DNA of 64,000 nucleotides from Rhizaria sp. SCN 62-66 (Eukaryota), in contig MEDY01000164.1 of the NCBI GenBank assembly GCA_001724265.1, positions 1 to 64,000 on the forward strand, in the 5' to 3' direction. Of this stretch, positions 35,201 through 46,800 are shown one piece after another (the first letter of the stretch is position 1; each line of letters opens with the position of its first letter). Made by a program: the position numbers and the translations under genes. The notes below the pieces were generated by a model. It did not search any database and was not told the DNA's origin. It saw only the letters and a program-made list of their open reading frames with translations.

Positions 35201-35544
35201 CTGGCTCTGGCTCGGCCGGCGGCCGAAGGGGAGAGGTCTCCTATGCCGAGGTCGCGGCAGCGGCGACCGCAGCTGCGACGGCGACCGAGGTTGCGGCCAT
35301 CATCATCCCCACGACGGCCCCACCGTCTTCGGCGGGCGCCGCGGCGAGGGGGGCGGCCCCGGCGTTTTTGCCTCCAGTACCAGGTGCTGGGCGGACTGGC
35401 CAGACCGGGGCGGCCGCGGTGTCGCTGGACCGCCAGATGGAGCTTCAACTGAGCGCCCTGGCCGATTTGGCGGGGCAACTAAGGGAAAAATACGAGTCTG
35501 TGACGCTGCCGGCCTCGGCACAGGGCGGGAGAGGCGGGGTTTAA
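29242..35544 (+). CDS. Leucine-rich-repeat + IQ-motif + coiled-coil protein (LRRIQ3-like), ~1940 aa
   Basis: Exons 29242-29562, 29724-31887, 32071-34850 and 34987-35544 (TAA); 5823 nt in frame. SDS22-like LRRs (LILQSNMITDL, LRKLDVSRNAIVTL, LETLLMNDNRI), LRRcap (YRHLLVNTLPSLILLD), four IQ motifs (IQSWWRG, IQRAFRR, IQRVWRS, IQRAFRV) and a C-terminal R/E/Q/A coiled coil. The intron 2 donor is the atypical GTTCGG. Confidence 0.75.
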
Positions 35545-36196
35545 GGCGAAAGCCGAGACCGAGAGGGGTTCACGCGGGCGCTAGAGACGGTCTCCTTCGA
35601 TTTGAGTACCGTAATTCGAGGTCTTCACAACATATTCCAATGATACATAATTTTAGTTTTGACTCTTTATTGATTTCTTTCATTGAATCACGCTCCATGG
35701 GGCTAATGAGGTCATTTTTTGACCTTGACAAAGGGTCGAAATCGGGATGGTGGCCACACTTGAACATAAATTGTCATACTAGCTAGTGTCAGCATCTAGC
35801 ACGTGTTGGGGATTATACAGTGCTTCCTTCATGAAAAAAAATCAGCATTACCTTATGGTTTTACTTTTATCAACTGGCGCGGGACTGCCAGTGCACAATC
35901 AAACGCTTTAAGTTCGAGTATAAACGTAGGCAAGCTGCAACAAAGGCTTCTGCAACGCTTGAAGGGCATGAGTTAAAATGTTATGAAAACAGCATTCTGG
36001 ATGTCTTGGCGCAATATGTCTGTTTTATATCGCTATAGCGCGTTGTCAGTAGTATTTCCTCAATTTCCGAAAGCGAACTAGCGCGGAAATCAATGCGTGA
36101 TGTCTCGTCTTCGTTTCTCCTGGTCAGATCGTCCTCATGTCTTGCTCTCGCTCTCATCTTCCTTGCCCCGCTGGTCTCTTTAGCTTCATCGCGCTT

Positions 36197-38192
36197 ATGT
36201 CGGCAGACTTGCGCGATACTGTAGGCACAGGCTTGAAAGGTATGTCTCCACTCACTTGATAGCTAACCCAGTTTGAGTTTTGCATTACTTTTCCTCCCAT
36301 CAGAGCTTCCTCCCAGTCTGAACTCACCCACTGACAAGTTGTGACACCGTCTTGGAAGCGTCGTACAATTTCGATTTTTGTTGTTTAAGTTATCTCTTCT
36401 CATCAACACAACCAAGCTCTCACATCAATCATCCACTTTTCACACTCGCCTGTCTGTTTTTACTCACAATCGTCAATGAATCTTCACAACCTTCAGCGGC
36501 CGCCGCAGCCGCAGTTGCAGCGGTGCCAACCACGGCCGCCGCGGTCCTCAATGCCGGCGCCGCGGCCGGCCCCGGCGGTATGCTCCCGCGGCCGACTGGC
36601 GTCGCGCACCAGCCTGGCGAGCCCGGTCACGGCGAGAAGACACCCGGCAAGTCCTTGCGGCAGCTGCTGTTCGAGAAGAGCCAAATCAACGTCGCCAAGG
36701 GCATCAAGCCGCCATTCAACCCGCTGCTCCTCGGCGGTGGCGGCGGCAGCGGCGGCGGGCTGGAACGTGACGCTAAGCGCCCACTGCCGTTTTCGGCGCC
36801 CCCGCCAGCGCCCGCGCCCGCTTCCGCGGCGCGCACGGCGAAGCGGCCCTGCAAGACGCGACAGGAGCAGCAGAAGGTGGTGCGCATGGTGAAGCGCCGG
36901 AAGGACACGCTGGAGGAGGTACAACCAGCGGCGGGTCAGCAGGACCCGGAGAACTACGAGTGGGTCGCGGTCGAGGAGACGGTACGTTGCACTGCTTTAA
37001 CATTCGCCGCATTTTGATGATAAGGTAGTGGTGAACTGTGACTAATGTTGACTACAATTTAATAATGAACTATAAAGATGATGTGATGCGGTTGTTGCAC
37101 TGCTGTTGTAATGTTGTGCTGCTGTACTTTCACGCTGTAGCTGCTCCAGTTGCTTCACTTGACGTACACTCGGACACTCAGCTGCGCTTGCCGTCAGTCG
37201 TGTCTCTCAGTGACTTAGTAACTCAGACGCGCGCACAATCACCCAGTCCATCTGTCGGTCTGCGTATGCTGCTCACGGTCACTGCCACCAGACTGTTCCA
37301 GTCACTTGTGACTGCGGGTGAGTGTCATGAAACATTTAAACTTGTTTTCACTATAGTTCTCACTGACACCAATTACGCTCTTTAAAAGGTATGTCACTCA
37401 CATTATTTCTATCTTGTCACTGTATTCATTTGCTACCAGGTCACCATCACCGTGCCAGCCACAGACTCCGAGTCCGATTCAGAAGACGCCGACGCCGACG
37501 CCAAAGCTGACTCTGGCTCTGGCTCTGGCTCTGGCTCCGGCGACTCGTCGTCCTCGTCGTCCTCCTCAGACTCAGACTCGGACCTCAGCTCTGGCTCTGA
37601 GAGCGGCTACAGCGACAGCGATGTCAGCAGTAGCAGCGAGTCCGACTCCGAGTCCGAGTCCGAGTACGAGGAGGGCAGCCCAAGGCGCGGCGAGGGCGGC
37701 GGCGGCAACGGCGGGGGCGTGGACAAACGCAATGCGACTCAGCCGAAGCGGGGCCTTGTGTCATACGAGCAGCGCGGCGGCACTGCTACGGGCAGGGGCA
37801 GGATGAGGCGCCCTCAAGTTGACCCCTTCACTGATCCCATTCCACCGTCAATGCGCAAGAAATGCGGCAAAAGCTCGACGGAGGCATACATCCGCGAGAT
37901 TTGGGCTAGGACCCTTAAGGCGGCGCGAGAGCACAACCAAACCGAGACGCGCAAAGAATATTTTCGCAGGTACCAAGCGACTGAGAAGAAGAAGAAGTAT
38001 TGGCGCGACTACTTACAGAGTGAGGAGGTCATTAATAAAAGGCGCGAGCACCAGAGGACTGAGGAGTACAAGAAGCGTAGGCGCGAGCTCCGCGGACAGG
38101 CTCGGGGGGACGCCAAAGCCGCTGCTGTCGCCCCGGCTTCTGCCACCTCGAGCATCAACAAGGGCAGCACCACCAAGCCTGCGTCCAAGTGA
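36197..38192 (+). CDS. Hypothetical protein (~426 aa) with acidic Ser/Asp tract and basic helical C-terminal repeats
   Basis: Exons 36197-36239, 36497-36981 and 37440-38192 (TGA); donors GTATGT and GTACGT; 1281 nt in frame; exons GC-rich. No family recognised; exon 1 is the least certain part. Confidence 0.55.
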
Positions 38193-39059
38193 GGTGTTCT
38201 CTAAGCCAACAGCAGGATTCGAGTGACTGCAACAGTGTCTGATGTAATCGCATCGGCGCAGTCGGGTTGCAGTAACTCTAACTCTCTAGCCCACCTCCCC
38301 CTCCCCCCTTGGCTTAACAGCGAAGACAATGTTAACACATCTTACGACGTATATAAGCAGTATTGTTTCTTAGTTTTAGCTCTCTTGGAGGTCGTTTTGA
38401 AACGACTATAGGCATCGATTTCTTCATTTAACTCTTCAGCGCAGCATATGTGAAGGTGTTTGTTCGCTCTATTGTGTTGTTTGAAAACGACGCATGTTGT
38501 GAGACAATACGATAAATACTAATAAAATTATATTGTTGTCTGAAAAAGAAGCGATTGCTAATCTCGATCTCACGCTTACAACGCACAACTCACGGTCACG
38601 GTTGCTGCGACTGGAGACAACTTTCACACACGTCCACTGAACACATAAATCTCATTGGGAAACTGAATGTAATACAACTCTAGGCTTCTTGTATTGCACA
38701 TCTGAGACAACGATTATAAAACAATCACATTCGATAGATAGGGACGTTGAACTGTTTTAACCGTAGTCGCGGCCACACTATAGCCAGCAACAAAGGCTGT
38801 TAAACGTGCTGACTTACAAGTCAATCAAACATAACACAAAAAGAAATTAAGTACAAAACAACACCTTCCTCTCACAATGACACACTCGTCTGCGGAGTTA
38901 GCAACAAGGGAGAGGTTTGAAACTACGGTCATTAGAGCAATGTACGCTATCAATCGATTTGTCTCTGGGGACAACCCAGTCCATAGCGGTATCAAAGCAA
39001 TCACAGACAGGCTCAGCAATTAGGACCTCCGCCACATTTTCCCCCGCTCATTCGCGGCT

Positions 39060-41164
39060 TCACACTTTGCGCGGGTTTTTGGGGCAGTACGGCGGCTGCA
39101 GCAGATGCGCGCGCCAGGCCTCCTCGCTGTCCTGTTCCAGCGGCGCCAGACAGAGCGGACAGACGCACGCCTGAGGGTTCGCGGGCGTCAGCTGTGCTAC
39201 TAGCGCGCGGCCACGGTCGCTCGCAGCCTCTGCACACTCCTCGGAGACGTGCTCACGCATGGCCGCGATCTCGATGATCTGGTCGCAGAGGTGGCACTGG
39301 GCGAGCGACGGGCAGGACTGCCAGTAGTGGAGGTCCATCGAGTCCTCGCTGAGGCCAGAGACAAGACCGCAAAACTGGCACGAGGACGCTGTGTCGTGGA
39401 AGCAGAGTGAGGGCGGCGTTAGAGAATGGCAAGGTTAGGCGAAGATAAAACAGTAAGATTGATCGAGAATGAGTGAGTGGGTAAATATGGGACACATTCA
39501 GGGCGTACAGCAAGATAATCAAACAAAAAGAAAAGAGTTATATCGAGGTGATAAAATTCGGCGTTACTACAAAATCAAATTAGTCCAAAGATATGAACAG
39601 ATTTACGAAATATGAGTTTGTTCAGTTATACGTACACTCGGCAGTGTCAATGTCAGTCTCAGGCCCCACAACAGCAGCAGCAGCAAGAGCAGCAGCAGCA
39701 GCAGGCGCAGGCACAGGCTCGGGGGCGGGGGCAGACACAGCATCCTTCTTCTTCCCCGCTACGGCTTCTTTCTCTTTCCCCTTTGCCTGTGCAGGACCAG
39801 TTCCAGCAGCAGCAGCAGCGGCGGCAGCGGCGAGCTTCTTAGCTCCAGGTGCGCTTGCCGCCGCGCCAGCCTTCGCACTGCCTCGCTTTGCTGCCGCAGC
39901 GTCGCCGCTCTTCGCTGGCGAGGCCGCACTCGAAGGCCCAGCAGAGCCAGATCCAGCGCCAGAGGCAGTCGATTTGCCCTTCGGCCCAGCCGCCGCCGCG
40001 GCACTAGCAGCGGCCGCAGCACCGGCCTTAGCCTTGGATCCGGCCGCAGCGGCAGCAGGAGCAGGAGCAGCGGCGGCCGCGGCAACTGCAGGATTAGTGT
40101 TTGCACTCGGGGCCGGCACAGCGGGCGCCCCCGGCAAGTCCCCGTCCTCGAACACTGACTGGGGCAGGTTCTTGCCGATTTGCCGCACCAGCTTTGCACC
40201 GCAGCGGTCGATTGCGAGCCGCGCCAGCTTGCCCATCGCCTCCCGGACGGCGCCGTCGCGGTGACCAATGCTGGCCGAAACCAGTGCGATCACGGGGGAG
40301 ACCGAAGGCGCATTGGGCAGCGGTGCGGGGCCGGCGGTGGCCTCGGCAAAAGACGTGAGGGCGCAGATGTCGGCAAGCACGGCGGCGCGCGGCCGCAGCA
40401 CGAGGGGCTTGTCGGCGTCCTTCTTGGGGATGGCGCGGAGTAGCGGCTGGGTGATGAGGCCCGTGTCGAGCCCGCTGTCGCGGACGAGCTCCAGCAGCAC
40501 GTCGTGCGCCGCTGCATGCACGCGCGCGTTGGACGACGCCAGCAGAGGGATCACGTGCGGAGCCAGCAGAGCGTCCAGGTGCATTGCGCAGTCGGAGACC
40601 GGCAGGTGCGCGGGCGAGGACGAGAAAAAGTACCGACGCGCGAGCGCGGATACGGCCTGATATAGAAAAATATATCGAGAAACAAAGATCAAAGCAAAGA
40701 GAAGTCAGTAATAGAAATCTCGGCTTTCAAAACACTTTTTTGTGTTGAAATAATCAATAGGAATTAAAATAAAAACACGAGAAAATACAACCAAGTAAAC
40801 AAAACAGTGCTAGTTTTAGCGCGTGAAAGCATATGCGGCGCGAGATATACGGCTATATTTAGAAAGTGACGTACCCCTAGCGCGGCGAGTGCGATCACAG
40901 GCGCACTGTCCAGGAGCCTCTTGATCACGCGCACCACAGCGAATACGACTTCGCCGTTGCTGGGGTTCGTGCCGGGGGCGGGGACGCCAACGGGCGTGCC
41001 GTTTGCGAGTGCGTCTGCGATGTCCTTCGCTGCTTGCTGGCGGAAGGGAAGGCCCTTGGAGTAGGAGCAGCGGACGAGCCTGTCGCCGAGAATAGGCAGC
41101 ACCGGCTCAGCATCCTTGGCGTTCGCGAGCGAGAGCTGCTCAGGATCATCGCTGTTATTGCTAC

Positions 41165-41205
<41 letters not shown>

Positions 41206-42861
41206 GAACTAAAGCTGGGTCCGGAATTAGCCGGGAAGGCGTCATCGCGAGCAGTGTCGTACTTGCCAACCGCACTCCCGCCGAGCGGCCTGTTGTCCGC
41301 CGCGTCATAACCGCCGCCGACACTGGCGTAGGCGCTGACACCAGCAGCAGCGGACTGGGGCAGCAGAGCTACTGCCGAGGGCGAGGAACCCAGACCGCCG
41401 CCGACGCTGCCTGTGATGTTGCCGGCGTCGCCGGCTGCCCCCCAGTCTCCGTGACCGTGGGCGCTCGCAGACGTGGCGGAGTCCGCGCCGTAGGCATCGT
41501 AGCCGCCGCCGTAGCCGCTGTTGTCGCCGACAGAGGCAGAGCCAGCACCAGCAGCAGCGGCCGCAGCGGCGGCGGCACGCGTAGCTGGGAACGGGGCGTG
41601 CGCAGCGATAGCACTAGCGTTGGAGTATGACTGGTTGCTGCTGTTGGGATTATAGCCGCCGCCGCCGCCGCCGCCGTTGCCCGCAGCCACAGTCGACGAC
41701 GCGGGGGCTCTGCCGGCGCCAACGGGGGGCATCGCGCGGCCCTCGGAGACGGCAGCGACACTGTCCCTGAGAGCCTCGGCCTCAACCTTGCAGCGTTTGG
41801 CGCCGTCAAAGTCGTCGGCTTCGATGCAGCGGCCCTTGTCCTTCTCCAGCTGTGCAATTCGGGGTGCCACAGAGCGGAGGTAGTCGATCGCGAGCTTGGC
41901 CCGCTTGGCCTCGTCGAAGTCTTCCAGTTGCACCGCCACATTCTTCCGCTGGATTAGAGCAGCCAGTTGACGTGAAGTGCGCTCGTCAAGCCCGCCGGCG
42001 GCCGCGGAGGCTGCGGCCGCGGCGACCGGGTCCTGTGCGCCCGCGACTGCGGAGACAGCAGCATCCGCGCCCAGCGGCAGACGCGAGGGGAGAGTGAAGG
42101 TGCTGAGGTCTCCGACCACATTGACGGCAACAAAAGCGACCTGCTTGAACAGATTGTGCTCATTAATGTGGCAGTCTTGGATGACAAGCTTGACGTACAT
42201 GGCGCGCGCGTTGATGTACACGGTCTTAAGCTCGCGCGCCTGGTAGTTGGTGCGCTCGTTTGAGTACAGCGACAGGTGGCCGAGGTGGGTCATGCGGGCG
42301 CTTGTGTGGGAGGGGGGCAGTCCAGGGCTAGGAACACCAACGAAGACGTCGACTGTGGTGGCGATGAGCGACTCGTGGGAGAGAATCTGAAGCTTGCGGA
42401 CGTCGACGACACCGCCTAAGTCGAGGACAAGGACTTGCGGGAAAGAGCAGAATCTACGAGTGCAAAACGAATAGAAGCAACAAACAAGTAATACAGATCA
42501 AGCAAATAAAGAGAAAAACAAGGATGTGTGAGTTGATAGCAAAGCAAGAGACAGGCGCGAGCTATGGTGAGCATAAGTGACGCAGTGATTCGAGACTACG
42601 AGACTAGAGTCGCTGAGTCTAAGGCTTGACGACGTACTTCTTGGAGTACCAGCCCTTGGTTTGCGAGGTGTGCGTCTCAAGCTCTGTGTAGGAGTGCTCC
42701 GGGTCAAACGAGGAGCACGACACAACCTTGAAGTTGATCTTAGAGAGCTGCTGCTGCTGGGGCGCGGCGCCAGCAGCGCCGGCCGAGGCGGCGGCGGCGG
42801 CGGCGGGGGCATATGACATCGGACCGGGGGGTGCTGAGTAGGGTCCGACGCGCTCAGACAT
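39060..42861 (-). CDS. CEP104: Centrosomal/ciliary-tip protein CEP104 (FAP256), ~1050 aa
   Basis: Exons 42861-42638, 42453-40875, 40656-39636 and 39388-39060 (TGA); all donors GTACGT; 3153 nt in frame. N-terminal jelly-roll (GWYSKKFCSFPQVLVL...KLQILSHE...SNERTNYQARELKTVYI...NLFKQV), UVR-like coils (KNVAVQLEDFDEAKRAK), TOG/HEAT region and C-terminal zinc fingers (CQFCG...DLHYWQSCPSL...CPLC...WRAHL...CPKNPR). Confidence 0.92.
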
Positions 42862-43820
42862 GGGAGCGACTGCAAGAGTGCGGGGGGAAGCGGCACAAGT
42901 GCGAGGGCAATGGAGAGCGTGCGCCGAGTTGAGGCGGTCCGGCGGCGGGTGGCAGGCTGACAACGCGAGTGCGTTCGGTCGGTGAGGGGGAGAGTTAGGG
43001 AATGCAAGGGCAAGTCAGGAAGGGGGAAGATCGCGTCCTTATAGGGTGAGAATTGATGAGAAGATATAATAATTAAGAGAAATTATGATAATCAAAATGT
43101 GGGATCAATAGCTATGGATTCACCGATGTAGACCCGCTGGGAGGGTTGATGTTCGAGGCAGAGAAGTGGGCTTGAGAGAGGGAGGAAAAGAGTCGCACTA
43201 GCTCGGCGAGTCCGCTGTTTGAAATGAATTCTAAGGAGGGAAACCACCCCATCAAGGTCCAAGTAGCTGTAAAATTCAAAGCCAATATTCCATGACGAAT
43301 CTTCCTGTGCGCCACCGTTTCTCCTCTGCCCAACACGACCAATTCGACCAACCCAGTTCAAATTGACCGTTGAGCCGACAGGGCCGAAAAAAACAAAGGT
43401 CGACAGCGGTGAAATTTTCGGTTACCGAGTCGTCCATTTCGAAAAAGCTAATTGAGTTCGATCAAGTTAGGTCTGATACGAGACACACGCGCATCCAAGT
43501 GGCATCGCAATTATCAGTATGATTATCCCATCGAGTGATTTGTTTTGTTTTGCATTTGGTTTCGCTATTTGAGTCCGCTTTCTGGCTCTGTTAATGCCTT
43601 TTAGTTCCACCGGTTACTCAACCCCCTAGAGCTCGATCTAGCGCTTGCTGACAAGGTCTTTGCGGCCTCTCCCTTCACTCCTAAAGGCATGTATGCTCAC
43701 TTTTCGAATTATTTCATGCTTTTCTTTACTCTATATTTTGTTCTCATAGACTCCAGCTTCGGTCCTACCTCGCGTTTGTGACCGGCCGGAATCCACCCCA
43801 CCCCCAAGGCCTTCCCGCTC
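42862..43820. promoter_or_regulatory. Probable bidirectional promoter region between CEP104 (-) and the dynein beta heavy chain (+)
   Basis: Head-to-head starts 959 bp apart, lower GC, no credible ORF. Inferred from gene geometry only. Confidence 0.5.
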
Positions 43821-46800
43821 ATGAGTTCGTCCAAGGGCTCTTCGGAGCACCCCGAGGACGTTCGCGGTTCCGTGGACAAGGTGTACGATGACATCCGTCT
43901 CCGTGCGGCTGACTGCTTCGTCGAGCAGGGCAAGGCGGACAAGTTTCTTAAGCTTCTCGACGAAGTTCAGAACGCCCAAGTGATCGAAGACTTCGTCAAG
44001 GACCCCGAGATTCCGATCCTCTTTATCTTCTATCGCTCCGACAAGCTCTTTGCTTCCTCGTCGTTCCCCACGAACCTGAAGAAGAAGGCGCTGTACTTTA
44101 TGAAGGACAAGCACATCAAGGACTCACTTACTCCGGCGACTCTGCGCGACCACGTTTTGATCAACGAGGTGACTGAGGCGGCACTCAAGAACCTTGCTAT
44201 GATCGCTCAGGTATGTCTTACATCAAGCAAACATATTTGTTCCGTTTGCACCCATTTTCAATTTACAGATAGTATATTGCATATTCTATATGAATAGTTC
44301 TTTTTTTCTCTTCAAAAGTCTCTCTTGCTTTACCGTTACCCCGCTTTCCCTTTGCTCAATCTCTCACAGGAGGTCTACTACCCCCTGCTGGCCAACCCCA
44401 GCAACCGCGAGGGCTGGTCCGGCCCCACGTCCAAGGACATCATGCTCAAGCTCTCCTCCTTCCTCGCCTCGGTCACCATGACCGTGGGCCAGAGTAACGG
44501 CCAGACGATCCTGCCCCCGCCTCCGCCCGAGGCGTTCGACGAGGACAACATCCCCGAGAAGGAACGTGAGCACCTCCTCGAGACGTCGGTCGTGCGCTGG
44601 GCCGAGCGCATGCGCTTCGCCATCGAGCGCACTCCCGAGAGCCTGCAGGACGCGCCCGGTGGCCAGTACCCCGACCCCAGCGCCGAGGTCGACTTCTGGC
44701 TCGCTAAGGCCCAGGACCTCAAGTCACTCGAGGGCCAGCTCGCGTCGCCCACGATGCAGACGGTGTTGACGGCGCTCACGGACTTCAAGTCGCCCTTTGC
44801 GGCACAGCTCAAGGCGCTTGCGGGCGACGTCGAGCGCGCGTACGTGACTGCGGCCGAGAACTACCGCTACCTGCGCGCGCTGCAGTCGCACTTCCGCAAG
44901 ATCCGCAACACGGTCGACTTCCCTACCGTGGTCGATGCGCTGCAGCCGATGATGCACTGCGTGATGCTCGTGTGGAAAACGTGCCCGACGTACAACACCA
45001 CCGAGCGCCTCACCGTGCTTATCCAGGAGGTGTGCAACTCGCTCATCACCGAGGCCGAGAAGTACGTAAACGGCGAGCTCGTTTTCCGCCAGATCGAGGA
45101 CGAGAACGTCACTGACGCCGTGCACCTACTGCGCTCCACCGTCGTCGTCTGCCAGAAGTTTAAGAACGTCTTCTTCAAGTTCCAGGCACGCGCCGCCAAG
45201 GTGCTTCCACCCGCGCAGGCGTGGAATGTCAACACCGCCGTCGTGTTCGAGCGTCTCGACGCGTACCTGCAGCGCTTGGCCGACATCCTCGACTTCTGCA
45301 AGATCGTGCAGGAGTTCAACAAGCTGGAGAAGATCTACATCGGTGGCACCAAGGGTAACCACCTCACTGCGATGGTGCGCCAGATCTTCGCCGACTTCGG
45401 CGCCGCCGTGCGCGACTTCCAGAAGGTTCCTTACGACATCCTCGACGTCACACAGACGCGCTTCGACGACGACTTCTACCAGTACCGCTGCAAGGTCAAG
45501 GAGCTCGACGGGCGCCTCGCCGCCGTGCTGTCCTCTGCGTTCGACGACTCGGCGACGCTGACGGCACAGTTCAAGCTGCTCGACTCGTTCGAGGGCCTGA
45601 TCGAGCGCCCCATCATCAAGGACGAGCTCGACCGCAAGCACAGCCACATGCTGCGCGCGTACCTCGCCGACATCCTCAAGGTGCAGGAACACTTCCACAG
45701 CTACCGCAACACGCCGTTCATCGACAGCAACATGCCTCCCGTGGCCGGCGCAATCGGCTGGTGCCGCTCGCTGCGCAACCGCATCACCGAGCCCCGTGAG
45801 CGCTTGCAGCCGATCCTCGACGCCAACAACACCGAGGAGGCCAAGGAGGTCGTCCACTGCTACGAGGCGACGCTGGCGCAGCTGCTCGCCTACGAGTCTG
45901 CGCAGGTCGACGCATGGACCGCGGCCATCGACACGGTGCAGGAGAAGCTGCGCCAGTCTGTGCTCGCGCGCGAGAAGGACGGCCGCCGTCTCCGCGTCAA
46001 CTTCGACGACATGCTGGTGCGTCTGCTCCGCGAGGTCAAGTACCTCCGCGGGTTTGGCATCCAGGTCTCGCAGCAGGCGGCGCAGATCTACGACAAGTCG
46101 CTCACGTTCCGCCAGCAGATCGGCGCCCTCTCGCAGATCGTTAACATGTACAACGAGATCGTCGACACGCTGCTGCCGTACGAGCAGCCTCTGCTCGAGA
46201 AGGACGTCGCGCACCTCAACGAAGTGCTCGACAAGGGCCTCACCGAGTACCACTGGAAGATCCCCGCCGTGCCCGACTTCATCGCTGAGGCCATGGCCAC
46301 GGTCAAGCAGGTCTACGGCACGGTCAAGGTGATGAAGAACAACTTCGCCTTCATCGAGAAGGTCATCTTCGACTTCGCCAAAGAGCCCCTTGTGGAGCGC
46401 AAGAACAAGAGCATCTCCCCGGCCGACTTCGAGGAGAACATGAAGAAGCTGTGGGAGGCCCGCTACAAGGTGCTTCAGCAGCATCACGAGGTCTTCACGG
46501 CCAAGGTCGACGAGACGCTGAAGACGCTCAACGCCAACAAGACGAGCGGCCACTGGCGCAAGTATATGGAGGCGGTGCAGGAGAAGATCCGCGACGGACT
46601 CGTGCAGACCATCATTAACAGCATCAAGTTCCTCACGGACCAGATCGACCCCGTGGCGATCGAGAAGAACCAGACGCCTCCGATGCTCGAGATCAAGCTT
46701 GGCTTCTACGCCAACGACGTGCTGTTCAACGCCGACGAGTCTTCCTCCACGGCCACCAGCTCCGCCGCCGCCGCCGCTGCCGCCGCCGCCAACAACGGCG

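Larger units (their letters stand above)
6726..37282. repeat. Dispersed 12-mer GCTCACGGTCAC / GTGACCGTGAGC, at least eight exact copies
   Basis: Exact copies start at 6726, 7421, 9551, 14719, 14734, 14965, 15241 and 37271; near copies at 14704, 31155, 32195, 38589 and 41451. Confidence 0.75.

Noticed and set aside
38193-39059. Intergenic stretches (also 4940-5435, 35545-36196, 58281-58922) inspected for RNA genes or small ORFs
   Set aside because: AT-rich UTR-like sequence; no tRNA cloverleaf, rRNA or snRNA signature or codon-biased ORF recognised. A covariance-model search would be needed to exclude ncRNAs.
43691-43749. Possible 59-nt 5'-UTR intron upstream of dynein (GTATGC...CATAG)
   Set aside because: Plausible signals but much shorter than all other introns and untestable by reading frame; not reported as a feature.
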